A DNA stretch of 64,000 nt from an uncultured Pseudoflavonifractor sp. Its GTDB lineage: Bacteria; Bacillota; Clostridia; Oscillospirales; Oscillospiraceae. The stretch spans positions 66,960-130,959 of the forward strand of contig CANEAY010000004.1 in assembly GCA_947425785.1 (NCBI GenBank). Reading direction: 5' to 3'. Below are positions 36,006 through 44,995 of this stretch, one piece after another (the first letter of the stretch is position 1; each line of letters begins with the position of its first letter). A model generated the notes under the pieces. It had not been told where the DNA came from. It was given only the letters and a program-made list of their open reading frames with translations, and ran no database searches. The translations under genes were made by a program, and so were the position numbers.

Positions 36006-37823
36006 ATGGAGGTTACGCTTTTGGACGCATCAAATTTGATATCCATGCTGGGCGCACTCGCCCTATTTCTCTTTGGTATGTCCACCATGACAGACGGTCT
36101 GGCACAACTGTCCAGCGGCCGTCTGGAGCATATCCTGGAAAAATTGACGGACAATGTCTTTAAGGGTATTTTTGTGGGCGCCCTGGTCACCGCCATCATC
36201 CACTCCTCCGCCACCACCACCGTCATGTGCGTGGGCTTTGTCAACGCGGGGATCATGAAGCTGGAGCAGACCGTGGGCATCATCATGGGCGCCAACATCG
36301 GCACCACCGTCACCGCCCAGATCCTCCGGCTGTCCAGCATCGACGGGGGCGACAACCTCATCCTCACCCTGCTCCAGCCCTCCGTCCTCGGCCCTCTGAT
36401 GGCTGTGGCCGGCATTGTTTTCTATATGTTCATCCGGGGCGGCAATAAGAAAAACATCGGCCAGATCCTCATCGGCATGGGTATGCTTTTCATCGGCATG
36501 GACACCATGACCAAGGCGGTGGCTCCCCTCCAGAACGAGCCCTGGCTCCAGGATCTCTTCACTGCCTTCTCCAACCCCCTGCTGGGCATGGCGGTGGGCG
36601 CGGCCATCACCGCTCTGCTCCAGAGCTCTACCGCCTTCACCGGCATCCTTCAGGCCCTTTCCACCACGGGCCTTATCCGGTTCAACACCGCCATTCCCCT
36701 CATCATGGGCCAGAACATCGGCACCACCCTCACCGCCCTGCTGTCCAGCGCGGGGGCCAGCAAGAACGCCAAGCGCACCGCCCTCATCCACTTCTTTTTC
36801 AATGTCATCGGCTCCATCTTCTTCCTGGTGGTGCTCTACGCCGGCAACGCCATCGTGGGCTTCTCCTTCTGGGAGGGGATCATGGATATGGGCAGCGTGG
36901 CCAACTTCCACCTCATCTTCAACCTGACCTGTACCGCCCTGTTCCTGCCCTTCCACAAAGCCCTGGTGCGGCTGGTGGAGCGGCTGGTGCCCGGTGAGAC
37001 CGACCTGCTGGACGATGTCTCCATCCTGGACGAGCGGTTCCTGACCTCTCCCTCTCTGGCGCTGGAACGGGCTCACGAGGGGGTCATCCAGATGGGCTGT
37101 CACGCCTTGTCCAACTACCGGCTGGCAGTGGAGCTTCTGGACAAGTACGACGGCAAAAAGCTGGAGCGGCTGGGTGAGACCGAAGCGGCTCTGGACAAGA
37201 TGGAAAACGCCCTGGACGACTATCTGATGCAGCTCACCGACCGTGCCCTCACCCCCCAGGAGAGTTCTCAGATCTCGGAGTTGCTCCACACCCTCAGCGA
37301 CTTTGAGCGCATCGGCGACTATGCTGTCAACGTCTCCGAATGCGCCACCGCCCTCCACAACAAGGGCATCACCTTCTCCCCCATCGCCAAGCAGGAGCTT
37401 GACGCCCTCACCGCCGCCGTGGACGAGGCCATTGAGAAGGCCCTTGCCTGCTACCGGGAGCGCTCCTACGACCTCTCCCTTCAGGTGGAGCCCATCGAAG
37501 AGGTGGTGGATCTGATGCGGGACGACCTGCGGGCCCGGCACGTGGAGCGGCTCAAAACCGGCTCCTGCACCGTGGAGCTGGGCACCCAGTTCCTGGAGCT
37601 GCTCATCAACCTGGAGCGTATCTCCGACCACTGCTCCAACGTGGCCCTGGTCATCCTCCGGCAGACCGCTCCTAAGGGCGACCTGGTGCGGGTGGATTCC
37701 CACGCCTATACCCATCAGCTCCACCATGGCCACGACCCGGAGTTTGAGCTGATGTTCGCCGAGAGCAAAGCGAAATATTACGATCCTCTCATGGCCGTCG
37801 AACCCCCTATCGGCGAGGGATGA
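36006..37823 (+). CDS. Second Na/Pi cotransporter family protein
   Basis: IHSSATT, GANIGTT, QSSTA, GQNIGT, DFERIGDYAVN, LERISDHCSNVA. Confidence 0.93.
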   Translation: MEVTLLDASNLISMLGALALFLFGMSTMTDGLAQLSSGRLEHILEKLTDNVFKGIFVGALVTAIIHSSATTTVMCVGFVNAGIMKLEQTVGIIMGANIGTTVTAQILRLSSIDGGDNLILTLLQPSVLGPLMAVAGIVFYMFIRGGNKKNIGQILIGMGMLFIGMDTMTKAVAPLQNEPWLQDLFTAFSNPLLGMAVGAAITALLQSSTAFTGILQALSTTGLIRFNTAIPLIMGQNIGTTLTALLSSAGASKNAKRTALIHFFFNVIGSIFFLVVLYAGNAIVGFSFWEGIMDMGSVANFHLIFNLTCTALFLPFHKALVRLVERLVPGETDLLDDVSILDERFLTSPSLALERAHEGVIQMGCHALSNYRLAVELLDKYDGKKLERLGETEAALDKMENALDDYLMQLTDRALTPQESSQISELLHTLSDFERIGDYAVNVSECATALHNKGITFSPIAKQELDALTAAVDEAIEKALACYRERSYDLSLQVEPIEEVVDLMRDDLRARHVERLKTGSCTVELGTQFLELLINLERISDHCSNVALVILRQTAPKGDLVRVDSHAYTHQLHHGHDPEFELMFAESKAKYYDPLMAVEPPIGEG

Positions 37824-37832
37824 GCTGCATAG

Positions 37833-37869
37833 AAAAAGCCCCGGACGCATCTGTGTCCGGGGCTTTTTT
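37833..37869. terminator. Bidirectional terminator
   Basis: aaaaagccccggacgca-tc-tgtgtccggggcttttt. Confidence 0.88.
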
Positions 37870-37877
37870 CGCAGTAT

Positions 37878-38579
37878 TTACTTCCCGTCGTCCTCTGTGG
37901 GCAGAGGCATGGGCGCCTGGGGGCCGTTGATGGCCTCCATCTTCTCCCGCAGAACTTGCAGGGCCGCATCGTGATAGGAGAACTCCTCGGAGATCTTCCC
38001 GATCTCCCCCTCGGCGCGTTTGAGCTCGTCCACAGCCTGTCCCAGCGTGGTGTCCACCTCGCCCCGGAGCCGGTCGTAGGCGGCCTGGAACTTCCGCAGC
38101 CAGGCATCCATCTCCTCGGAGATCTTCCGGGACTTGCGGTGGGCCTCCCCCTCGATGGCCAGGGCCCGGCTGTGAGCCTCCAGCTCGATGGCGGACGCCC
38201 GCTCTTTGATGGACTCGTAGGCGGTGGCAGCAGGCTCCAGCTTCGCCACCTTCTCCCGGAGCTGGCCCGCCTCGGTGACGGAGGCGTCCCGCTGGGCGGC
38301 GGCCTGATTGAGCTCCGCCTCCCGCTGAGCCAGGTCGGCGGCCAGCCGCTGATTCTCCTCGGTAAGGGCCCGCACCCGCTGATCCAGGTCGGCAGTGCGC
38401 TCCTCCAGCTCGGCCCGGGCCACTTTCTCCTCTGCCAACTCTCCCTGAAGGGCAGTCAGCTTTTCGGCGTGCTCCCGGGAGCTGACCTCCAGATAGGCCA
38501 GCACGTCCTGCTTGTGAAATCCGCCGAAGGCAGCGGTACGGAATTGAAACTTCATATCCTCCACAACAGTATCCCCCAT
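37878..38579 (-). CDS. Coiled-coil protein with a DivIVA-like N-terminal motif
   Basis: FRTAAFGGFHKQDVLAYL followed by a long heptad coiled coil. Confidence 0.7.
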   Translation of the reverse strand: MGDTVVEDMKFQFRTAAFGGFHKQDVLAYLEVSSREHAEKLTALQGELAEEKVARAELEERTADLDQRVRALTEENQRLAADLAQREAELNQAAAQRDASVTEAGQLREKVAKLEPAATAYESIKERASAIELEAHSRALAIEGEAHRKSRKISEEMDAWLRKFQAAYDRLRGEVDTTLGQAVDELKRAEGEIGKISEEFSYHDAALQVLREKMEAINGPQAPMPLPTEDDGK

Positions 38580-38719
38580 GTTTCTACAGATTCAGTCATA
38601 TTATCATAGCATACTTTATCGGAATTGACAACGGGGGAAATGGAAAATGAAAAAAATGGGAACCTTTTCCGTCTATAAACGTCAAAAGGGCAAAGACCTC
38701 TTGAAAAGGAGCGGTTTCC

Positions 38720-39991
38720 ATGAAAAAGCGGTTTCTCCCTCTTTTCCTTGCCTTTTCTCTTCTCACCGGCTGTGCCGCCGGGGCGGTGACTCCCGTCCCT
38801 GTCCCCACCGGCTCGGTAACGCCGGTGGAGCCTGTCCAAAATGAGCTCCAGCCCGTGGGGGCGGCGGCCTGCCTGTCCGAGGGACTGGGGGACAGCTACT
38901 CCGCCTTTGCCCTGGAACTGCTGCGGCAGAGCCGCGGTGAGGGGGAAAACGCCCTGCTCTCCCCCCTTTCGGTGCTTCTGGCCCTGGGCATGACCGCCAA
39001 TGGGGCTGAGGGGGAGACACTGGAGCAGTTTGCCGCCGCCCTGGGCATGGGCCGGGACGCCCTCAACAGCCTGTGTGTCCGTTTTCTCCGGGACTACAGC
39101 GACCTGGGGGGCTCCACCGAGAGCACCCTCCTCAACAGCCTCTGGGCCGATCCTGACCTGACCCTCAACGACCCCTTCGTTCTTCGCTGTCAGGACACCT
39201 ACAAGGCCCAGCTCTTCCGGGCCGACCTCCAGTCCCCTGCCACAGTGCAGGCCCTTAACGACTGGGTCAGCGACGCCACCCGGGGCCTCATCCCCTCCAT
39301 TGTGGATGAGTTCAACGCCCAGGCCGTGCTGGCTCTGGTCAACGCCATCTACCTGAAAAACCGCTTTGAGACCCCCTTCCCGGAGCCCCACTCCGACTGG
39401 ACATTGGACTTCCACAACGCCGACGGCACCCTCTCCCAGCCCAGGGGCATGAGTACTGAACGCACCATGACCTACCTGTCCCACCAGGGGGGCCAGGGGG
39501 TGGTACTCCCCTATGACGACGGGCGGCTGGGGCTGATGCTCCTGCTTCCCGAAGAAGGTACCGCCCTTACTGACTACCTGGCCGCCTGGGAGGGCAGCAC
39601 TCTCTCCTCCCTCCTCTCCGGCAGCCAGGAGCGGCAGGTAGATCTGGTCATGCCCAAGTTCAAAGCGGAGTGGAGCGGCTCCCTGAAGGCACCTCTGGCG
39701 GCCATGGGCCTTGCCGACGCCTTTGACGTGCTCAAGGCTAACTTCTCCGCCATGGGCTCTGTCCCCGGCGGGAACCTCTTCATTGGGGATGTGATCCACA
39801 AGACCGCCTTTGAGGTCAACGAGAAAGGCACCGAGGCCGCGGCGGTGACGGCGGTCATCATGGAATGCGGAGCGGCCATGCCTCCTGCAGACCTCATCCT
39901 GCTCCGCTTTGACCGGCCCTTTGTCTACGGCATCGTAGACCTGGAGCTGGGCGTTCCCCTCTTCCTGGGGGCTATGGAGCATATGGATTGA
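38720..39991 (+). CDS. Serpin family lipoprotein
   Basis: Lipobox LTGC; LSPLSV, LVNAIYLK, MPKFK, hinge VNEKGTEAAAVTA, FDRPFVYGI, LFLG. Confidence 0.95.
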   Translation: MKKRFLPLFLAFSLLTGCAAGAVTPVPVPTGSVTPVEPVQNELQPVGAAACLSEGLGDSYSAFALELLRQSRGEGENALLSPLSVLLALGMTANGAEGETLEQFAAALGMGRDALNSLCVRFLRDYSDLGGSTESTLLNSLWADPDLTLNDPFVLRCQDTYKAQLFRADLQSPATVQALNDWVSDATRGLIPSIVDEFNAQAVLALVNAIYLKNRFETPFPEPHSDWTLDFHNADGTLSQPRGMSTERTMTYLSHQGGQGVVLPYDDGRLGLMLLLPEEGTALTDYLAAWEGSTLSSLLSGSQERQVDLVMPKFKAEWSGSLKAPLAAMGLADAFDVLKANFSAMGSVPGGNLFIGDVIHKTAFEVNEKGTEAAAVTAVIMECGAAMPPADLILLRFDRPFVYGIVDLELGVPLFLGAMEHMD

Positions 39992-40002
39992 CACGGCCTA
40001 AA

Positions 40003-40111
40003 CCCTCCGGGTAAAAATGCCCCCGACACGCGGTACCCTGATACGCGGCGGCAGCCCTGTGCTGTCTCCCACCCATTAGGGAGCGTGGAGGGGGCATTTT
40101 TGCCTGGAGGG
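40003..40111 (+). other. Unassigned structured element (22-bp closing stem with internal hairpins)
   Basis: ccctccgggtaaaaatgccccc / gggggcatttttgcctggaggg pair with two G-U wobbles on the + strand; internal hairpins ggcagc/gctgtc and ctccc/gggag. Confidence 0.6.
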
Positions 40112-40119
40112 GCCCTCTC

Positions 40120-40148
40120 TTGCCTTTTTCTGCCGAAGGGAGTATAAT
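40120..40148 (+). promoter_or_regulatory. Sigma-A promoter of azlCD
   Basis: TTGCCT-17 bp-TATAAT. Confidence 0.7.
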
Positions 40149-40181
40149 TTGGCTCAAATCTCCCGATAAGGAAGTGTCCCT

Positions 40182-40901
40182 ATGTCATCCGCAAGCGTCC
40201 GGCGCAAGGCCCTCTCCGCCGCCTTTCCCCAGACCATCCCCATCCTGACCGGCTTCGGCTTCCTGGGGCTCACCTACGGCATTTACATGAACGTCTCCGG
40301 CTTCCCCTTCTGGTACCCCATGCTCATGGCCCTTATCATCTTCGGCGGATCGCTGGAGTTCGTAGCGGTGGAGATGCTATTGTCCCCCTTCGCCCCGGTG
40401 ACCTGCTTTCTTATGGCCCTGATGATCCAGGCCCGGCACCTTTTTTACGGCCTGGCCATGCTGGACAAGTACAAGGGCCTGGGCTGGAAGAAGCTCTACC
40501 TCATCTTCGGCCTGTGTGACGAGACCTTCTCCATCAACTGCTCCGCCACGGTGCCCGAGGGGGTAGACCGGGGCTGGTTCTATTTCTTCGTTACCCTGCT
40601 GGATCAGAGCTATTGGGTCATCTCCGCCGCCCTGGGGGGCCTGCTGGGGAACCTGCTCACCTTCAACACCCAGGGGCTGGACTTTGTGATGACCGCCATG
40701 TTCGTGGTCATCCTGCTGGAACAGCTTTTGAAGGAGGAGAAGCACTACACCGCCCTCATCGGCGGCGCTGCCTCCCTGCTGTGCCTGCTCCTCTTCGGCC
40801 CCGATTCCTTCCTCATCCCCACCATGGTGTGCGTGCTGGGCCTGCTCACCCTTCTGCGCCGCCCCATTGAGCCCACCCTGAAGGGAGGGGATGCCGCATG
40901 A
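40182..40901 (+). CDS. azlC: Branched-chain amino acid exporter permease AzlC
   Basis: GGSLEF, IQARHLFYG, FGLCDETFSIN, GLDFVMTAMF. Confidence 0.93.
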   Translation: MSSASVRRKALSAAFPQTIPILTGFGFLGLTYGIYMNVSGFPFWYPMLMALIIFGGSLEFVAVEMLLSPFAPVTCFLMALMIQARHLFYGLAMLDKYKGLGWKKLYLIFGLCDETFSINCSATVPEGVDRGWFYFFVTLLDQSYWVISAALGGLLGNLLTFNTQGLDFVMTAMFVVILLEQLLKEEKHYTALIGGAASLLCLLLFGPDSFLIPTMVCVLGLLTLLRRPIEPTLKGGDAA

Positions 40902-41224
40902 CCATCCCCCAGCAGATCGCCACGGTGGCCCTGTGCGCCCTGGCCACCATGCTCACCCGGTTTTTGCCCTTCCTTCTCTTTTCCGGGAAGCGGCCCACCC
41001 CCAAGTACATCACCTACCTGGGCGACGCCCTCCCCGCCGCCATCTTCGCCATGCTGGTGGTCTACTGCCTACGGAACGTCAGCCTCTTCACCGGCGCCCA
41101 CGGCCTGCCCGAGGCCATTGCCATTACCGTCACGGTGGGGCTCCACCTGTGGAAGCGGCAGATGCTCCTCTCAATTGCCGGGGGCACGGTGTGCTATATG
41201 CTCCTCATCCAGCTCATTTTTTGA
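40898..41224 (+). CDS. azlD: Branched-chain amino acid exporter small subunit AzlD
   Basis: LTRFLPF, LPAAIFAMLVVYCL, LLSIAGGTVCYM; overlaps the azlC stop. Confidence 0.93.
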   Translation: MTIPQQIATVALCALATMLTRFLPFLLFSGKRPTPKYITYLGDALPAAIFAMLVVYCLRNVSLFTGAHGLPEAIAITVTVGLHLWKRQMLLSIAGGTVCYMLLIQLIF

Positions 41225-41228
41225 ACGT

Positions 41229-41266
41229 AAAAAGCCCCATCCAGGCATAACCTGGATGGGGCTTTT
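41229..41266. terminator. Bidirectional terminator
   Basis: aaaagccccatccagg-cataa-cctggatggggctttt. Confidence 0.88.
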
Positions 41267-41277
41267 GTTTTGCTCTC

Positions 41278-42684
41278 TTACGCCTCGTAGACGGCCTTCA
41301 TGCCCTTGTAGGTCATGTAGCAGTCCAGCTTACCGGTGACCTCAAAGGGGGCGTGCATGGACAGGACAGGGACGCCCGCATCCAGGGTGTCGATGTCCCG
41401 CTCCGCCATATAGCAGGCCACCGTGCCGCCGCCGCCGGCGTCCACCTTGCCCAGCTCGGCCATCTGCCAGATGACCCCGGCGGTGTCCAGGATGCGGCGG
41501 ACAAAGCCCACCACCTCGGCAGAGGCGTCGGAGGCCCCGGACTTGCCCCGGGCGCCGGTGTACTTGCAGAAGCCCATGCCGTAGTTGACCTGGGCGGAAT
41601 TGCGCTTTTCGTAGACCTCGGCAAAGTTGGGGTCGTAGGCCGCAGTCACGTCGGCGGAGAGGCAGAAGGAGTGCTCATAGCAGGTCTTCAGGGCCACCCG
41701 CTGGGCGTCACACAGGTCGCTCATAAAGGTATCGAAGGCGGCGGACTTCATGCCGGTGACGCCCTCGGAGCCGATCTCCTCCTTGTCCGCCAGCATACAC
41801 ACCGCCGTGTGGGCGGGGAGCTTAGCGTCCAGCAGAGCGGCAAAGGCGGCGTAGGCGCACACCCGGTCGTCCTGGCCGTAGGCGCCGATGAGGGAGCGGT
41901 CAAAGCCGATGTCGCAGGCCCGGAAGGCGGGCACCGCCTCCAGCTCGGCGGAGATGAAGTCGGCCTCCACCAGGCCGTACTTCTGGTTGAGGATGTCCAG
42001 GATGGCCAGCTTCACCCGGTCGGCGCCCTCGTCGTCCTTGAAGGGCCGGGAGCCCACTAGGATGTTCAGGGTCTCGCCGGAGATGGCCTCCCCCAGGGGC
42101 TTCTTGGACTGCTCACTGCCCAGGTGGGGCAGCAGGTCGTCCACGGTGAAGAGGGGGTCGCCCTCCGCCGCGCCGATGGCCACCTTCACGCTGGAGCCGT
42201 CCTTGCGCACAATGACGCCGTGGAGCTCCAGTGGAATGGTGACCCACTGGTACTTGCGGATGCCGCCGTAGTAATGGGTCTTGAGAAAGGCCAGCTCACT
42301 GTCCTCATAAAGGGGCTGGGGCTTCAAGTCCAGCCGGGGGGAGTCGATGTGGGCCGCGCCGATGGACACACCGTCGGCCAGGGACTTCTCCCCGATGACC
42401 GCCAGCATCACCGCCTTGCCCCGGTTCACCCGGTAGAGCTTGTCGCCGGGGATCACCGCCATGCCCCGGGTGAAGGGCTTAAAGCCCTTGGCCTCGGCCT
42501 GGCGGACGACCTCGTCCACCGCCTCCCGCTCGGTCTTGGCAGCGTCCAGGAACTTCTTGTAGCCCTCACAGTAGGACTGCATGGCGTCCTCGTCCCCGGC
42601 GGTGAGCCGGTCGTAGCCGTTCTTGCGCTCGTCCAGCAAAATTTCACGCCGGAGCTGCCCGGCGGTCTTCTCCTTTTCTTCCAT
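41278..42684 (-). CDS. M18 family aminopeptidase
   Basis: AHIDSPRLD, YYGGI, GQDDRVC, DKEEIGS, SADV, DAGVPVLSMHAPFE. Confidence 0.95.
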   Translation of the reverse strand: MEEKEKTAGQLRREILLDERKNGYDRLTAGDEDAMQSYCEGYKKFLDAAKTEREAVDEVVRQAEAKGFKPFTRGMAVIPGDKLYRVNRGKAVMLAVIGEKSLADGVSIGAAHIDSPRLDLKPQPLYEDSELAFLKTHYYGGIRKYQWVTIPLELHGVIVRKDGSSVKVAIGAAEGDPLFTVDDLLPHLGSEQSKKPLGEAISGETLNILVGSRPFKDDEGADRVKLAILDILNQKYGLVEADFISAELEAVPAFRACDIGFDRSLIGAYGQDDRVCAYAAFAALLDAKLPAHTAVCMLADKEEIGSEGVTGMKSAAFDTFMSDLCDAQRVALKTCYEHSFCLSADVTAAYDPNFAEVYEKRNSAQVNYGMGFCKYTGARGKSGASDASAEVVGFVRRILDTAGVIWQMAELGKVDAGGGGTVACYMAERDIDTLDAGVPVLSMHAPFEVTGKLDCYMTYKGMKAVYEA

Positions 42685-42761
42685 GGAAATTACCTCCTTG
42701 TGGTACATTGTATCCAAGATAACACGCAATTGTGAACTTTTCTATCTCTTCGGAAATTTTT

Positions 42762-43355
42762 TCACTTCAGCAGCCGCGTAAAGAGGGCCAACGCCCGTGC
42801 TCCAAAGGCCTCCGGGGTATCCCCCGCAACGTTCTCCAGCACGTAGTCGCTGTGGGTGCGGAAAAATTCGTCCGGCTTCTGGGCCGCCATCCGGCGGCGG
42901 GCATACCCCTCGTCGATTCCGTCCCGAGCCATGATGCGCCCCAGCCGCACCTCTGGCGGGGCCAGGACGGACACCACCAGGTCGCACCACTCCCCCAGGC
43001 CGCTCTCAATGAGGGCAATGGCGTCGATGGCCAGGGCGGGGCGGCCTTCCTTCTCCGCGTTCCTTTGCAGCGCGGCGATCTCCCCCAAGATGACAGGATG
43101 GGTGAGGGCGTTGAGCTCCTCCAAGCGGTCAGGGTAGACCGCCTGGGAGAGCCGCTTTCGGTCTATCTTGCCCATTTCGTCCAAAATTTTCTCACCGAAG
43201 GCGGCCACAAGGGCATCTTTCAGCTCCCCGCTCTCATCCAAAAGCCTGTGGTAGACGGCGTCGGCGTCCACCACCTCCGCCCCAAGAGAACGCAGAGCCT
43301 TCAGCGCGGTGGTCTTCCCCGCCCCGGTGGGGCCGGTGATGCCGATGGTCTTCAT
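42762..43355 (-). CDS. coaE: Dephospho-CoA kinase
   Basis: IGITGPTGAGKT, DADAVYH, LNALTHP, RIMARD. Confidence 0.93.
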   Translation of the reverse strand: MKTIGITGPTGAGKTTALKALRSLGAEVVDADAVYHRLLDESGELKDALVAAFGEKILDEMGKIDRKRLSQAVYPDRLEELNALTHPVILGEIAALQRNAEKEGRPALAIDAIALIESGLGEWCDLVVSVLAPPEVRLGRIMARDGIDEGYARRRMAAQKPDEFFRTHSDYVLENVAGDTPEAFGARALALFTRLLK

Positions 43356-43954
43356 CAGGTGTTCTCGGCCACCTCCGCCTCTATGGCGTCCTCGGTATCC
43401 GCCATGGCCCGGAGGGTCTTGTCCAGCAGGGCGTCCAGCTCCCAGCCCAGCAGCTCCGAGCCCTGGGCGATGCAGTCCCGGGAACAGCCGGCGGCGAACT
43501 TCTTATCCTTGAACTTCTTCTTCAGGCTCTTGAGCTCCATGTCCTTGGTGGACTTGGAGGGGCGCATGAGGGCGGCGGCGCCGATGAGGCCGGTGAGCTC
43601 GTCACAGGCAAAGAGCACCTTCTCCATCTCCAGCTCCGGCTTACAGTCGGTGCCCGTCATGCCCCAGCCGTGGGCGCAGACGGCATGAATGAATTCGTCG
43701 CCGAAGCCCGCCTCCTTCAAAAGCTCCGGGGCCTTGACGCAGTGCTCCTCGGGCCACTTTTCAAAGTCTACGTCGTGCATCAGGCCCACCAGAGACCAGA
43801 ACTCCTTCTCATCGCCGTGGCCCAGGTCGTCGGCCATCCAGCCCATGACGTGGGAGACGGTGATGCCGTGGCGGATATGGAAGGTTTCAGCATTGTATTT
43901 TTTCAGGGTCTCCAGGGCTTTTTCCCGGCTGACACCGGCGGACAATGTACTCAT
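43355..43954 (-). CDS. HD-domain hydrolase (HDIG-like)
   Basis: RHGITV, GLMHDVDFE, AVCAHG, ACDELTGLI, FKDKKFAAGCSR. Confidence 0.88.
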   Translation of the reverse strand: MSTLSAGVSREKALETLKKYNAETFHIRHGITVSHVMGWMADDLGHGDEKEFWSLVGLMHDVDFEKWPEEHCVKAPELLKEAGFGDEFIHAVCAHGWGMTGTDCKPELEMEKVLFACDELTGLIGAAALMRPSKSTKDMELKSLKKKFKDKKFAAGCSRDCIAQGSELLGWELDALLDKTLRAMADTEDAIEAEVAENT

Positions 43955-43975
43955 TTTTCAGTTCCTCTTTTCTTC

Positions 43976-44332
43976 TTATTCATTGGAGAGCCGCTTTACG
44001 GCCTCACCCTCTTCGGAAACAAAAAACACGGTTTTCCCCCGGTTGCTCTCCCGGATGAAATCCTGCAGGGGCTTGCTGGTGTAGTGGGAGAAATCCCCCA
44101 CGATGGCCAGCTTCATACCGTAGTTGACGAATTTTTGGAGCACTTCCCCGGCCAGGCCGGTGGACAGGCGGAAGAAGTCCTCGCTCAAAGCCTCCTTGGG
44201 AAGTATCAAAGCGTCACAGCCCGTCTCGTACCGGGCGGAGGCGATGAGCTCCATGCCCTCGGAGGGGGAAGAGACCGGGCTCTCCCACGCCCGGAGGGCG
44301 GTCACAGATGTTGTTATTTTTTCAAAAGTCAT
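43976..44332 (-). CDS. DUF4180 family protein
   Basis: DFFRLSTGLAGEVLQKFVNY..KLAIVGDFS..DFIRESNRG. Confidence 0.85.
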   Translation of the reverse strand: MTFEKITTSVTALRAWESPVSSPSEGMELIASARYETGCDALILPKEALSEDFFRLSTGLAGEVLQKFVNYGMKLAIVGDFSHYTSKPLQDFIRESNRGKTVFFVSEEGEAVKRLSNE

Positions 44333-44982
44333 TCTGATTTCTCCTTATGGGCCGCAAAACTGCCCTTATTTCTCAATGTTTGGATCTCCTCCTGCATATA
44401 TTCCAGAAATTGGCACGCCTCTTCTCCGTCCATCTGGACATGGTGGAACTGGAAGGACACTTTCAGCACCTTCTTCAGCCCCCGGCGGATGTATTTCCCC
44501 CAGATGAGAAAGGGGTTATTGAAAATACCGCTGTAAAAGTTTACCGCTCCATCGATGTCGTGCTTCGCCAGGGAGGAGGTTCCCAAAATCATGGAATCGG
44601 GCAGCTCACAGCCCGCCCCGGTCTCTTTGGCGTGGGCGGTGATGGCCAAGTAATCCCGTTCAAAGTCAGACAGCGCAGGAGAATAGGGAATGTCGCAGGA
44701 CACCAGTTCTCCCCTATCGTCCTTCACGATAACATTGACAGCCACGCCGTCATACTCCACCATGGCCTTCCCCACCGGAAGGAGGTAAAATTCCCTCACC
44801 CGCCGGGCGGCGGCAGCGGCACACCAGCACAGGAGCATATTCAGCTTGTGGCCCTTCCTGGCCAGCCGCACCAGCGGTGTGATGTCCAGAGTCTTGAAGA
44901 GGGTGACCATGGGCATGGGGGCGTCGATGTACATTTCATAGCTCATGGCCCGGCTGGTCTCCTTGGGGTCTACTTCCCGCAT
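44329..44982 (-). CDS. CatA-like (type A chloramphenicol acetyltransferase fold) O-acetyltransferase
   Basis: MPMVT..LDIT, PFLIWGKY, C-terminal FHHVQMDG (compare HHAVCDG). Confidence 0.82.
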   Translation of the reverse strand: MREVDPKETSRAMSYEMYIDAPMPMVTLFKTLDITPLVRLARKGHKLNMLLCWCAAAAARRVREFYLLPVGKAMVEYDGVAVNVIVKDDRGELVSCDIPYSPALSDFERDYLAITAHAKETGAGCELPDSMILGTSSLAKHDIDGAVNFYSGIFNNPFLIWGKYIRRGLKKVLKVSFQFHHVQMDGEEACQFLEYMQEEIQTLRNKGSFAAHKEKSE

Positions 44983-44995
44983 AGTTCCGCCCTCC

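Noticed and set aside
40003-40111. T-box, SAM or other riboswitch controlling azlCD
   Set aside because: The element lies upstream of the azlC sigma-A promoter (40120-40148), and I could not match T-box, SAM-I, THF, ZTP or c-di-nucleotide signatures by eye.
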